From NCBI GenBank assembly GCA_030649945.1, contig JAUSFE010000104.1, forward strand, positions 97,383 to 161,382: a stretch of DNA of 64,000 nt, in the 5' to 3' direction. Positions 9,280 through 18,387 of this stretch are shown here, piece by piece; the first letter of the stretch is position 1; each line of letters starts with the position of its first letter. A program made the position numbers and the translations under genes. This DNA is from Dehalococcoidia bacterium. Lineage in GTDB: Bacteria > Chloroflexota > Dehalococcoidia > SM23-28-2 > RBG-16-64-32. A model generated the notes under the pieces. It saw only the letters and a list, made by a program, of their open reading frames with translations. It made no database searches and was not told where the DNA came from.

Positions 9280-11001
9280 GTGAAGTCTCTGCGCATTCCC
9301 AGGACCAGCCTGGCGCGGGCATCCGCCCCGCGCCGGCCAGCATGGCGCAGCGGTCTGCCGGTGGCCGCGCTGGCGGCGGCGGCGCTGGCCCTGGTGCTGG
9401 CCGTCCTGCTCCTGCCCGGCAGGGCCGGCGCCGGGCAGGACGCAGAGGAGCAGCAGTTCCTGAGGATCATCAACACCTACCGCGCGGCCAACGGCGTGGG
9501 GCCGCTGGCGCTGGAGCCCCGGCTCAACAACGCCGCCATCTTCATGGCCGATGACATGGCCACCAACGACTACATGGATCACACGGACACCCTGCGCCGG
9601 AGCATGACGGCCCGTCTCCAGGCAATCGCCACGCCCTTCCTCTATACCGCCTGGGGCGAAAACGTGGCGGGCGGTTACATCGCCGCCAATGATGTCTTCG
9701 AGGGTTGGCGGACCTCCACCCTCGGCCACAACAGAAACATGCTGAACCCCGCGTATAACGTCATCGGCATCGCCCGCGCCTCTCGTGCCCGCACCACGTT
9801 TGGCACCTACTGGGTCACGGACTTCGGCTTCCTGCCCGGCTTCGTTCCCGGCCCCACCGTTGCGCCCACCATAACCGTTACGCCGTCGCCGTCGCCGTCC
9901 CCCTCGCCGTCGCCGGCCGCTTCGCCCACACCCCCGCCCACCAACACACCCACCGCACAGCCCACTCAGACCCCAACGTCCACACCCGTCGCCTCCGTCA
10001 CGGCGTCACCATCCCCCTCGCCATCGCCGTCCCCCTCGCCCACCCCCTCAACGCCACCCTCTCCCCCGCGGAACCCGCCGTCCGGGCGCTCCACCCTCGC
10101 CGCCAACGCCGCCGCCGACTCCACGCAGATCACAGTCGTCAGCCTGGAGGCGCTCGGCCTGAAAGCCGGCGACGTCATCGTCATCAACCCTGATGGACCC
10201 AACAAGGAGGTCAACACCGTCGCGGGCGTCGGCCCCCCCCTCACCCTTTCAAACCGGCTCTCCTCGCCGCACTCCTCCGGCGAGCCCGTCATCAAGCTGG
10301 AGAACGGCGACATAACCTGCGACGCCCGCGTCAACGCCACGGACTCTCTCTTCATCCTCCTCGAATCGCAGGGGGCGCACACCGGCGTCCGCTGCCTGGA
10401 CCTGGCCGACGTGAACTGCGACGAGGCCATCAATCCGACGGACACCCTGGGCATCCTGCGCGACCTCGCGCTCCTCTCCGTAGCCGCCAGCGCCGGCTGC
10501 CCGCTCGTCGGCGGCCCCAACCCGGCCTCAACGCTTCTGTCCCAGGGCGCCGGCGCCGGCGACACAATCATCCACGTCAGCGACCAGACCGGGTTCCTCC
10601 CGGGCGACACCATCCGCCTCAACCCAGGCGGCGCCAACGAGGAGGAGAACGTCATTGTCGCCCTCGGCTCCTTCCACCTCCAGACCGGCCTCCAGTTCGA
10701 TCACGAGGCCGGCGAGCTCATCGTGAAGGTGCTGGTCGTCCCGCCCCTGGTCTCGCCGACCCCAACTCCGACGCCGTCGCCGACCGAGACGCCGACGCCC
10801 ACTCCCACCGAGACACCGACGCCCACCCCCACCGGAACGCCAACGCCAACGCCATCGCCATCGCCATCGCCATCGCCATCGCCATCGCCATCGCCAACGC
10901 CATCGCCATCGCCGACGCCATCGCCAACGCCATCGCCAACGCCATCGCCAACGCCATCGCCATCGCCCAGCCCGACACCCACCGTAAGTCCTCCCGACTA
11001 A
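9280..11001 (+). CDS. Secreted CAP/SCP-domain protein with Pro/Ser/Thr linkers and Cys-dockerin-like domain
   Basis: INTYR, GENVA, GHNRNML and YWVTDFG CAP motifs; [13 protein letters not shown] and [13 protein letters not shown] repeats; PS/PT tracts. Confidence 0.85.
   Translation: MKSLRIPRTSLARASAPRRPAWRSGLPVAALAAAALALVLAVLLLPGRAGAGQDAEEQQFLRIINTYRAANGVGPLALEPRLNNAAIFMADDMATNDYMDHTDTLRRSMTARLQAIATPFLYTAWGENVAGGYIAANDVFEGWRTSTLGHNRNMLNPAYNVIGIARASRARTTFGTYWVTDFGFLPGFVPGPTVAPTITVTPSPSPSPSPSPAASPTPPPTNTPTAQPTQTPTSTPVASVTASPSPSPSPSPSPTPSTPPSPPRNPPSGRSTLAANAAADSTQITVVSLEALGLKAGDVIVINPDGPNKEVNTVAGVGPPLTLSNRLSSPHSSGEPVIKLENGDITCDARVNATDSLFILLESQGAHTGVRCLDLADVNCDEAINPTDTLGILRDLALLSVAASAGCPLVGGPNPASTLLSQGAGAGDTIIHVSDQTGFLPGDTIRLNPGGANEEENVIVALGSFHLQTGLQFDHEAGELIVKVLVVPPLVSPTPTPTPSPTETPTPTPTETPTPTPTGTPTPTPSPSPSPSPSPSPSPTPSPSPTPSPTPSPTPSPTPSPSPSPTPTVSPPD
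10753..10985 (+). repeat. Coding hexanucleotide tandem repeat (TCGCCA/ACGCCA; PS/PT linker)
   Basis: Repeated TCGCCA and ACGCCA units encoding (SP)n/(TP)n. Confidence 0.9.
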
Positions 11002-11073
11002 GCAGCGTACTCATCCGCTGCAGACGCCGTCTGAGGCGCGCGCCCAACGGGGCGACGCGTGGATTGCCGACCG

Positions 11074-11403
11074 CTACGGCGCCACCCCGAAGCGCCCGTG
11101 GCGCCCTGTCCCCTCGCCCCACTCCACCTTCACCGCGTCCACCCGCCCAAGGCGGGGCCCCTCCTGCAGGTACTCGATAAGCTGCTCCAGGGCGTCGCGC
11201 GTGCCTTCCGCCACCACCTCCACGGACCGCCCGTCCGGCAGGTTCCGCGCGTACCCCGTAAGGCTCAGCCACCGCGCCCGGCTGCACACGAAATCGCGAA
11301 AGCCCACGCCCTGCACCCGGCCGCGGACGACGGCACGGACGGAGACCGTTTCGGCTCCCGGCTGCGCCCCGGAGCCACACGGAGTCTCACTCCCCTGCGA
11401 CAT
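11074..11403 (-). CDS. acyP: Acylphosphatase
   Basis: GRVQGVGFR and [14 protein letters not shown] motifs. Confidence 0.92.
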   Translation of the reverse strand: MSQGSETPCGSGAQPGAETVSVRAVVRGRVQGVGFRDFVCSRARWLSLTGYARNLPDGRSVEVVAEGTRDALEQLIEYLQEGPRLGRVDAVKVEWGEGTGRHGRFGVAP

Positions 11404-11417
11404 CACGTAAACCAATC

Positions 11418-11478
11418 GCGCCGCAAAGACACTAAGGCACGAAATGCAAGATTCTTTGTGTCCTTGTGCCTTCGTGGT
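11418..11478. repeat. Single copy of the AAG.CAC.AAG...CTT.GTG.CTT palindrome family
   Basis: GCAAAGACACTAAGGCACGAA ... TTTGTGTCCTTGTGCCTTCGTGG, related to the 1901-2210 units. Confidence 0.65.
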
Positions 11479-11504
11479 ACGCGTGGTCTGCCAGGAGCCA
11501 ACAG

Positions 11505-13226
11505 CTACCTCAGCACCTCGTCCAGCCCCGCCTCCACCACATCCGCCGGCACGTCGTCCCGCATCACCGGCCGGCCGATGCCCTCCAGCAGCACCCAGCG
11601 GATCGCCCCGGCCTCCACCTTCTTGTCCAGCGCCATCGCCGCGCGCAGGCGCTCCCGGTCCAGCCCCTCGGCCCGCACGGGCAGCCGGTAGCGCTCCAGC
11701 AGCCGCCGCTGCCGCTCCGCCACTGCCGGCGGCACCAGCCCCAGGCGCACGCTCATCGCCGCCGCCGCCATCATCCCAATCGCTACCGCTTCGCCGTGCA
11801 GGAAGCGCGTGTAGCCAGTCGTCGCTTCCATGGCGTGCGCCAGCGTGTGGCCGTAGTTCAGCGTCGTCCGCGGGCCCAGCGTCTCGAACTCGTCCTCGCT
11901 CACCACCTGGGCCTTAATGCAGACGCTGCGCCGTATCGCCTCCGTCGTCGCCTCCGGGTCCAGCCGCCCGATGTGCTCCGCCCTGTCCTCCAGGAACGTC
12001 ACCAGCGACTCGGCCGCGATGAACCCGTGCTTGACCACCTCCGCCCAGCCGGACCAGAGCTCGCGCGGCGGCAGCGTGCGCAGCGCCGCCACGCCGGCCA
12101 GCACGAACCGCGGCTGGTAGAAGGCGCCGATCATGTTCTTCGCCTGCGGGTGGTTCACGCCCACCTTCCCGCCGATCGCCGCGTCCACCATGGCCAGCAG
12201 GCTCGTGGGCACGTGGACCAGCGGCAGCCCCCGCGCATAGGTCGCCGCCACGTAGCCTGCCAGGTCCGTCACCACTCCTCCACCGATCGCCACGATGGCA
12301 TGACCGCGCTCCGCCCGGCGCTGAATGAGCCAGTCATAGAGGCCCGCCGCCGTCTTCAAGGACTTGCTCGCCTCGCCGGGCGGGATCGTGTAGCTGTCGA
12401 AGGGGACATCGGCCGACCGCAGCGACTTCTCTACCTCGCCGCCCAGGTGGTGGAACACGGCTTCGTCGCTGATGACGTACGCATAGCGCCCGAGGCCGGC
12501 GTCGCGCAGGCGCCGGCCCAGCTCCGCCAGAGCGTCCCAGCCCACGAGCACCGGGTATTCCCGCACGGCCGTGCGCACCATGCAGGCCGCGCCCTGCGGG
12601 ATGGCGTGCAGCGTGGTTGTCGGCGCCCGGGCTTCCGGCGAGGCGATGGCCTCCACGCGCCCCGGCTGCGCGAGGGCGGCGCCGGACATACTCTCGTACG
12701 CCCGCAGCACCTCGACCGCGATCTCCTCCGCCGTCAGCGCATCCGTCTGCACGGCCCAGTCGCAGAGGGCGTACAGGTGCTGGCGGCCCTCCTTCAGCTC
12801 GCGGATGCGCGGCAGCGGGTCGGCGGTGGCCAGCAGCGGCCGGTCCAGCGGATCTTCGCCGGAGCGCGCCTGCAGCCGCGCCAGGATCGTCTCCGGCAGC
12901 GCCTCCAGGCAGACGACGAACCCGCCCTCCGCCATCGTCCGCCGGTTCTCGGGGCGTAGGACGGCCCCACCGCCGGTGGCGAGCACGATGCGCTCGCGGG
13001 CGCACACCTCACGCACGGCCTCCGCCTCCAGGTCGCGGAACGCCTGCTCGCCGTCGTCGCGGAAGATATCGAGGATGGGCTTGCCGGCGCGCCGCTCGAC
13101 CAGCGCGTCGGTGTCCACCGCCTCCCAGCCCAGCCGCGCCGCCAGGATGGGCGCGACGGCGCTCTTGCCGGTGCCGGAGAAGCCGGTGAGGATGATGCGA
13201 GAAGGTAGGCTAGTAGGCTTCGACAT
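11505..13226 (-). CDS. aroKB: Bifunctional shikimate kinase / 3-dehydroquinate synthase
   Basis: GFSGTGKS Walker A and ATGGG (AroK); [26 protein letters not shown] and LNYGHT (AroB). Confidence 0.95.
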   Translation of the reverse strand: MSKPTSLPSRIILTGFSGTGKSAVAPILAARLGWEAVDTDALVERRAGKPILDIFRDDGEQAFRDLEAEAVREVCARERIVLATGGGAVLRPENRRTMAEGGFVVCLEALPETILARLQARSGEDPLDRPLLATADPLPRIRELKEGRQHLYALCDWAVQTDALTAEEIAVEVLRAYESMSGAALAQPGRVEAIASPEARAPTTTLHAIPQGAACMVRTAVREYPVLVGWDALAELGRRLRDAGLGRYAYVISDEAVFHHLGGEVEKSLRSADVPFDSYTIPPGEASKSLKTAAGLYDWLIQRRAERGHAIVAIGGGVVTDLAGYVAATYARGLPLVHVPTSLLAMVDAAIGGKVGVNHPQAKNMIGAFYQPRFVLAGVAALRTLPPRELWSGWAEVVKHGFIAAESLVTFLEDRAEHIGRLDPEATTEAIRRSVCIKAQVVSEDEFETLGPRTTLNYGHTLAHAMEATTGYTRFLHGEAVAIGMMAAAAMSVRLGLVPPAVAERQRRLLERYRLPVRAEGLDRERLRAAMALDKKVEAGAIRWVLLEGIGRPVMRDDVPADVVEAGLDEVLR

Positions 13227-13596
13227 TGGGATAGAAGCGCTGAAAGTCACGCGGGTTGCGGGTGTAAACCGTAGCGCCGAGCGACGTGGCAGTGGCCGCG
13301 ATCATGGCGTCGGCGGCCAGGCGCAGGCGTTGTGACCTGCTGAGGGCGCGCAGCCACGCAGCGACTTGTCGGGCGAGAACCGCCGTAAAAGGAACCTCTT
13401 CCAGCGCAAGCAGCATCGAGGCGTGGACAAGCTCCTCGGCCCGGCTCATGCGACGTAGCCAAATTTCGTAAGCAGTCACCGGCGAATAGGCGGCCAACAA
13501 TCGTCCATTCACGGCGGCGTCCAACCGAGCGATGGCTCCCGCACGTCCTCGATAGGCGTCGATAAACACCGTCGTGTCGAAGACGGCGTCAGTCAT
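13210..13596 (-). CDS. vapC: PIN-domain VapC toxin
   Basis: FDTTVFID, E, DAMIAATA and YTRNPRDF PIN residues. Confidence 0.88.
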   Translation of the reverse strand: MTDAVFDTTVFIDAYRGRAGAIARLDAAVNGRLLAAYSPVTAYEIWLRRMSRAEELVHASMLLALEEVPFTAVLARQVAAWLRALSRSQRLRLAADAMIAATATSLGATVYTRNPRDFQRFYPNVEAY

Positions 13597-13861
13597 CCGC
13601 GTCTGGGGCCGGGCGCTCCAGCAGCGCCCCGGACTCTCGCCTGATCTTCCTCAGCTCTCGCAAATCGCGCTCGGCTTTCTCAGGGTCGTATGGGCGAGGG
13701 TTATCGAGGTGATGCTGGAGGATGGCGCGCGCCTCCTCCTGACTAAGCTCAATCGGCGCGCCGGCGGGCTGCGAGAGGATCTCCTTGAGGTGGGGCGTGT
13801 CCCAGATCGACGCCTTCGCCCGCTGGGGCCGTGAGTGCCGCGCGCGTCTTTCCCTGACCAT
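13589..13861 (-). CDS. Putative antitoxin (small ORF overlapping vapC start)
   Basis: 90 aa, directly upstream and overlapping the PIN gene; TAAACT -10 box 9 nt before ATG. Confidence 0.65.
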   Translation of the reverse strand: MVRERRARHSRPQRAKASIWDTPHLKEILSQPAGAPIELSQEEARAILQHHLDNPRPYDPEKAERDLRELRKIRRESGALLERPAPDADD

Positions 13862-13928
13862 AGCTCTATCAGTTTACCCCGCCCGGCGGGATTCAGGCAG
13901 TGGCGCGGTTCTGCATGACGCCGACCCG

Positions 13929-15098
13929 CTATTTCCCCCGCGGCCCTATCGTCTTCTGGTAAGCCTTGTAGTTGCGGCGCGTTTCGTCCAGCGAGTCGCC
14001 GCCGAACTTCTCCAGCAGCGCCCGCGCCAGCACGATCGCCACCATCGCCTCGCCCACGACGCCCGCCGCCGGCACGGTGCAGACGTCCGAGCGCTCGTAG
14101 TGCGCCTGGATCACCTCGCCGGTGTGCAGGTCCACGGAGGGCAGCGGCTTGGAGAGCGTCGATATCGGCTTCAGCGCCCCGCGCACGACCACGGGCTCGC
14201 CGTTGGTGATGCCGCCTTCCAGGCCGCCGGCGTGGTTCGTCGCCCGGCGCCAGGGCCGGCCGTCCCACTGCTCCGGTGGCAGGATCACGTCGTGCGCCTG
14301 GGAGCCCGGGCCCGCCGCCACCGCGAACCCGCGGCCGATCTCCACCCCCTTGCAGGCGTGGATGCTCATCACCGCCTGCGCCAACTGGCCGTCCAGCTTG
14401 CGGTCCCACTGGATGTGCGAGCCGAGACCGATGGGCACGCCCGTCGCCCACATCTCGAACGTCCCGCCCAGCGTGTCCCCCGCCTCCTGCGCCGCCTCGA
14501 TCGCCCGCACCATGCGCTCGCCCGCCTCCGCGTCCGCGCAGCGCACCGGCGACTCCTCCACCGCCTCCCAGTCCGGCTCCCCCTCGACGCGCGCGCAGAT
14601 GTCGCTGATGCCAGTCGTGTGCGAGTGCACGACGATCCCGAACTCCTCCAGCAGCCGCCGGCAGACGGCGCCCACGGCCACCCGCGCCGCGGTCTCCCGC
14701 GCCGAGGCCCTCTCCAGGACGTTGCGCACGTCGTCAAAGCCATACTTCATGGCGCCGGCCAGGTCCGCGTGCCCCGGGCGCAGGCGGGTCACCTTCTTCG
14801 GCTCGCCCTCGTACGGCGCCACCTGCATCACCTCCTGCCAGTCCTCCCATACGCGGTTGGCGATGAGCATGGCGATGGGGCTGCCCAGGGTGCGCCCGTG
14901 ACGGACGCCGCCGATGAACTCCGCCCGGTCCTGCTCGATCTGCTGCCGGCGAGAGCGGCCGTATCCACCCTGGCGGCGGCGCAGGTCCAGCGCTATGAAG
15001 TCCTCCGTGATCTCCAGCCCGGCGGGTATGCCCTCCAGCAGGGCCAGCAGGCCCTTGCCGTGCGACTCGCCACCGGTCAGCAGCCGCAGCCCGCTCAT
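13929..15098 (-). CDS. aroC: Chorismate synthase
   Basis: LTGGESHG, RPGHAD, ERASARETAARVA, KPISTL and ERSDVC motifs. Confidence 0.97.
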   Translation of the reverse strand: MSGLRLLTGGESHGKGLLALLEGIPAGLEITEDFIALDLRRRQGGYGRSRRQQIEQDRAEFIGGVRHGRTLGSPIAMLIANRVWEDWQEVMQVAPYEGEPKKVTRLRPGHADLAGAMKYGFDDVRNVLERASARETAARVAVGAVCRRLLEEFGIVVHSHTTGISDICARVEGEPDWEAVEESPVRCADAEAGERMVRAIEAAQEAGDTLGGTFEMWATGVPIGLGSHIQWDRKLDGQLAQAVMSIHACKGVEIGRGFAVAAGPGSQAHDVILPPEQWDGRPWRRATNHAGGLEGGITNGEPVVVRGALKPISTLSKPLPSVDLHTGEVIQAHYERSDVCTVPAAGVVGEAMVAIVLARALLEKFGGDSLDETRRNYKAYQKTIGPRGK

Positions 15099-15742
15099 GG
15101 CTGCGCCGCCGCCCGCGCGCCGCCGGGCGCCGCCGCCTGGGACGGCGCTGCCACCTCTACCGGCAGCGGACGGCCACCATCGCCCAGGCGGTAGCGTCCG
15201 CCCAGCCCGTCCACTATCTCCTCCGCCGTCCACTCGTCCCAGTCCACCCGGCGCGCCGCCTCGCGCGTCGCGTCCGTGGAGAGGATGCAGACAAGCTGCG
15301 GCGGCGCATCGGCCTCCCGGAAGCTGGTGTAGACATCTATCTGCACTCGCCGCGGCCGGAGGTGGCCCAGCTCGTAGAACAGCATCTCCGCCGCCTTCGC
15401 CGTCACGCCAAAACCCTCCTGCAGGGGGTTTCTGATCTCCTGCCAGCGCCCGTCCACCTGCCGGTACTCGCCTTCCGCCTGGCAGGACACCCGCACGAAG
15501 CCCGGGCCGGCGTCCACGGCCTGCGCGCTCTGTAGCCCGCGCCAGACCTCCACCGGTATCGTCCCCGGCCGTTTGACGGACCGCCAGCCGTTGAGCGCGT
15601 CCTCCAGGATGTCGCGGATCACCTTGGCGTCGCCGGACTCCGCCGCCTTGCGCCAGGCCAGCGCCGCGCGCGTCCCCTGGATCACGATGTAGGCCACGAT
15701 CACGAACAGGACCGCCAGCCCCAGCAGCGCCCACTGCATCAT
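15095..15742 (-). CDS. Hypothetical membrane-anchored protein in the aro operon
   Basis: N-terminal TM helix; 4-nt overlaps with aroE and aroC; coding-like codon bias. Confidence 0.75.
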   Translation of the reverse strand: MMQWALLGLAVLFVIVAYIVIQGTRAALAWRKAAESGDAKVIRDILEDALNGWRSVKRPGTIPVEVWRGLQSAQAVDAGPGFVRVSCQAEGEYRQVDGRWQEIRNPLQEGFGVTAKAAEMLFYELGHLRPRRVQIDVYTSFREADAPPQLVCILSTDATREAARRVDWDEWTAEEIVDGLGGRYRLGDGGRPLPVEVAAPSQAAAPGGARAAAQP

Positions 15743-16602
15743 CGGCCGGCCTCCTCCGCCAGCGCCTTCTGCGCCGCTGCCAGCATGATGCCGGCCGGCG
15801 CCTCCCGCCCGGTCCAGATGCGGAACGACTCCGCGCCCTGGTAGATGAGCATCGGCAGGCCGCCTAGCACCTGTGCGCCGCGCCCGCGGGCGGCGGCCAG
15901 CAGCGGCGTCTCCGCCGGGCGATAGATGAGGTCGTAAACCAGCATACCGGGGTGTATCACGTCCACGGGCACGGGGGACTCACTCTCTTCGGCGCTCCCC
16001 GCCGAACCGACCGACGTACAGTTTACCAGAAGATCGCAGCCGGACACGGCCGCAGCCCACGCCGCGCCCCCCGCCGACAGCGCATCGAGCACCGTGTGCT
16101 CCGCCACGCTCCGCAGGTCCGCCACGAGCTTCGCCGCCCGCTCCGGCGTGCGGTTGATCACCGTGATGCTCGTCGCGCCGGCCTGGCACAGCGCCACCAC
16201 CACGGCCCGTGCCGCGCCGCCGGCCCCCGCGATGACGGCGCGCCGGCCGGCGGGATCGAACCCCGCATCATCCCGAAGCGCTCTCAGGAACCCGGCCACG
16301 TCCGTGTTGTACGCGCGCAGCAGCCCCTCGCGGTTCGCGATGGTGTTCAGCGCGCCGACTTTCCGCGCGAGATCGTCCACCTCGTCCACGAGCGCCAGGG
16401 CCGCCTCCTTATGCGGGATCGTCACGTTCGCGCCCAGGACCGCCGGCGCGCGCAGCCCCTTCACCCGCGCCGCCAGCCCCTCCTCCGTCGTCGGCCACGC
16501 CTCGTACACGATATCCAGCCCCAGCTGATCGATCGCCGCCTGCTGAAAGAACGGCGAAAGCGACCGCTTCAACGGATGCCCAATGACCCCGAGATATCTC
16601 AT
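15739..16602 (-). CDS. aroE: Shikimate dehydrogenase
   Basis: SLSP, GANVTIPHK, NTD, GAGGAARA, DLIYRP and MLIYQG motifs. Confidence 0.95.
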   Translation of the reverse strand: MRYLGVIGHPLKRSLSPFFQQAAIDQLGLDIVYEAWPTTEEGLAARVKGLRAPAVLGANVTIPHKEAALALVDEVDDLARKVGALNTIANREGLLRAYNTDVAGFLRALRDDAGFDPAGRRAVIAGAGGAARAVVVALCQAGATSITVINRTPERAAKLVADLRSVAEHTVLDALSAGGAAWAAAVSGCDLLVNCTSVGSAGSAEESESPVPVDVIHPGMLVYDLIYRPAETPLLAAARGRGAQVLGGLPMLIYQGAESFRIWTGREAPAGIMLAAAQKALAEEAGR

Positions 16603-16714
16603 CGCCACCTTGTGACCCTGACCAGACCTTCCTGGTTCCTAGTGCACTGAGTCAGAATTGCTTTGATTAACCGTTCGCCGAAGGACCAAGGTTTCCCTCC
16701 CCACCCCGAAAATC

Positions 16715-16782
16715 AAAAGGGGAATCTGGGGGACACCCCCAGACCCCCGCCGAAGGGGCTCTGCCCCTCTGGACTCCCCGTA
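16715..16782. repeat. GGGG..CTGGGGGACACCCCCAGACCCCC REP/MITE-like structured element
   Basis: Nested inverted repeats CTGGGGG/CCCCCAG and AGGGGC/GCCCCT closed by GGGGAAT/ACTCCCC, in the mltG-aroE gap. Confidence 0.6.
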
Positions 16783-16903
16783 TTTCCTCACCTTACCTCC
16801 TGCGGTCTTCGTGCTACGCGAACTGGCCGAGGACCGCATTTCGTAAAGACTATTCTGACTCACTGCACTAGTTCCTTTCTTCCTTTCTTCCTTCTTCCTA
16901 CCC

Positions 16904-17977
16904 CTACTCTCCTCCCCCTCCATACTTCCTCACGTTCTCAATGTGCTCCTCCAGCGTCTCCGCGAAGGCGTGCGACCCGTCTGGCTTCGCCACGAAGTAC
17001 AGGTAATCCGTATCCGCCGGCTGCGCCACGGCGATGATGGAGTCCAGCCCCGGGCTGCAGATGGGCCCCGGCGGCACACCGTAGTACTGGTACGTGTTGT
17101 ACAGCGAATCCGTCTGCAGGTCAGCCGCCGTCAGACCCTGCTTCCAGTACCCGAACTGCCGGACGTTCCGCGCCTCGGAGCCCAGCGCGTACTGCACGGT
17201 GGGGTCCGCCTCCAGCGGTATCCCCAGCCGCAGCCGCCGCAGGAACACCTGCGCCATAACCGGCCGCTCCTCCGGCAGACGCGCCTCCCGCTCGATGATC
17301 GAGGCCAGCGTCACCATGTCGCTCAGGCTCAGCCCCAGGTTTGCTCCTGAATCGCGCAGGCCTGCGGGCACTCGCTCGTCGAACGCCTGCAGCATGCGCC
17401 GCACCAGGTCCGCCGGCTTGTCGCTGGACCGGATCGGGTACGTCGCCGGGTACAGGAAGCCCTCCAGGCTCTGGCCCCGCGGCAGCTCCTTCACGAAATC
17501 GAAGTCGTAGTCGCGGCTCTCCGCCGCCGCCAGGAACGCCTCGCGGTCCACTCCCTGCGCGGCCACGGCGTCCGCTATCTCCTCCAGGCGCCAACCCTCC
17601 ACCACCGTCACGGAGCGCGGCGAGAGGACCCCCCGCCGCATGCGGTACACCACCTGCAGCGCCGGCGTCCCCGTCTGGAACTCGTACTCGCCCGCCTGCA
17701 GCAGCCGGTCGTACCCCATGAGCGAGACCAACACCTCGAACTGCTCAGCGGACTGGATGACGCCGGAGTCCTGCAGCAGCCGCCCTATCTGCTCGGGCCC
17801 CTGCCCGCCCGCCACAGTGACCGGCACGGGACTCCCCGGCCCGCCTGGGGCGGGCGCCGCGTAGGGCGCCACTTCATCGATGCTCCCGGGGCTCTCCACG
17901 ATCAGCCACACGGCCGCAGCCGTCAGGCCCAGGGCGATCAGGGCGCCAGCGGCGAACAGCAGGCGCGCGCTAACCAT
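16904..17977 (-). CDS. mltG: Endolytic transglycosylase MltG
   Basis: N-terminal TM; LEGFLYPATY, LASIIEREA, LEADPTVQY, PPGPICSPG and YLYFV motifs. Confidence 0.95.
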   Translation of the reverse strand: MVSARLLFAAGALIALGLTAAAVWLIVESPGSIDEVAPYAAPAPGGPGSPVPVTVAGGQGPEQIGRLLQDSGVIQSAEQFEVLVSLMGYDRLLQAGEYEFQTGTPALQVVYRMRRGVLSPRSVTVVEGWRLEEIADAVAAQGVDREAFLAAAESRDYDFDFVKELPRGQSLEGFLYPATYPIRSSDKPADLVRRMLQAFDERVPAGLRDSGANLGLSLSDMVTLASIIEREARLPEERPVMAQVFLRRLRLGIPLEADPTVQYALGSEARNVRQFGYWKQGLTAADLQTDSLYNTYQYYGVPPGPICSPGLDSIIAVAQPADTDYLYFVAKPDGSHAFAETLEEHIENVRKYGGGGE

Positions 17978-18386
17978 GTGGCCGCTGGCTGTCCAGGTAC
18001 GCCTGGAGCATGATCGCCGCCGCCGCCGCGTCCCGGTGGCCGCCGCGCTGGCCCCCCCGGCCGCGCCCCGGCGCCACGGGCCCACGCCTGGCCTGGGCCG
18101 TCGTCAGCCGCTCGTCGTACGTCCGCACCGGTATCGCCACCCGCCGCGCGATCTCCTCGACGGCCCGGCGCACGCGCTGCGCCTGCGGCCCTTCCGCTCC
18201 CGTTAGCGATAGCGGCATGCCCACGACCAGTTCATCCGCCCGCTGCTCCAGGGCGATGCCTACCACCGCCTCCACGGGATCGCCGTCCACGTGCGCGATC
18301 TCCACGGGCACAGCCACCCGCAGGCGGTCGTCCGCGGCCGCCACGCCAATGCGCTTCTCCCCGAAGTCGATGCCGATGATCCGCAT
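17970..18386 (-). CDS. ruvX: Holliday junction resolvase-like / pre-16S nuclease YqgF
   Basis: IGIDFGEKRIGVA, VVGMP, DERLTT and DAAAAAIMLQAYLD motifs; located after alaS. Confidence 0.95.
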   Translation of the reverse strand: MRIIGIDFGEKRIGVAAADDRLRVAVPVEIAHVDGDPVEAVVGIALEQRADELVVGMPLSLTGAEGPQAQRVRRAVEEIARRVAIPVRTYDERLTTAQARRGPVAPGRGRGGQRGGHRDAAAAAIMLQAYLDSQRPHG

Positions 18387-18387
18387 C

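Noticed and set aside
11505-13226. AroK-AroB fusion as a novelty
   Set aside because: This fusion is already known in several bacterial lineages.
13929-15734. 601-aa AroC with long N-terminal extension; similarly extended mltG, yebC, SDR and RF-like ORFs
   Set aside because: The extensions overlap neighbouring genes in other frames; the conserved N-termini start downstream.
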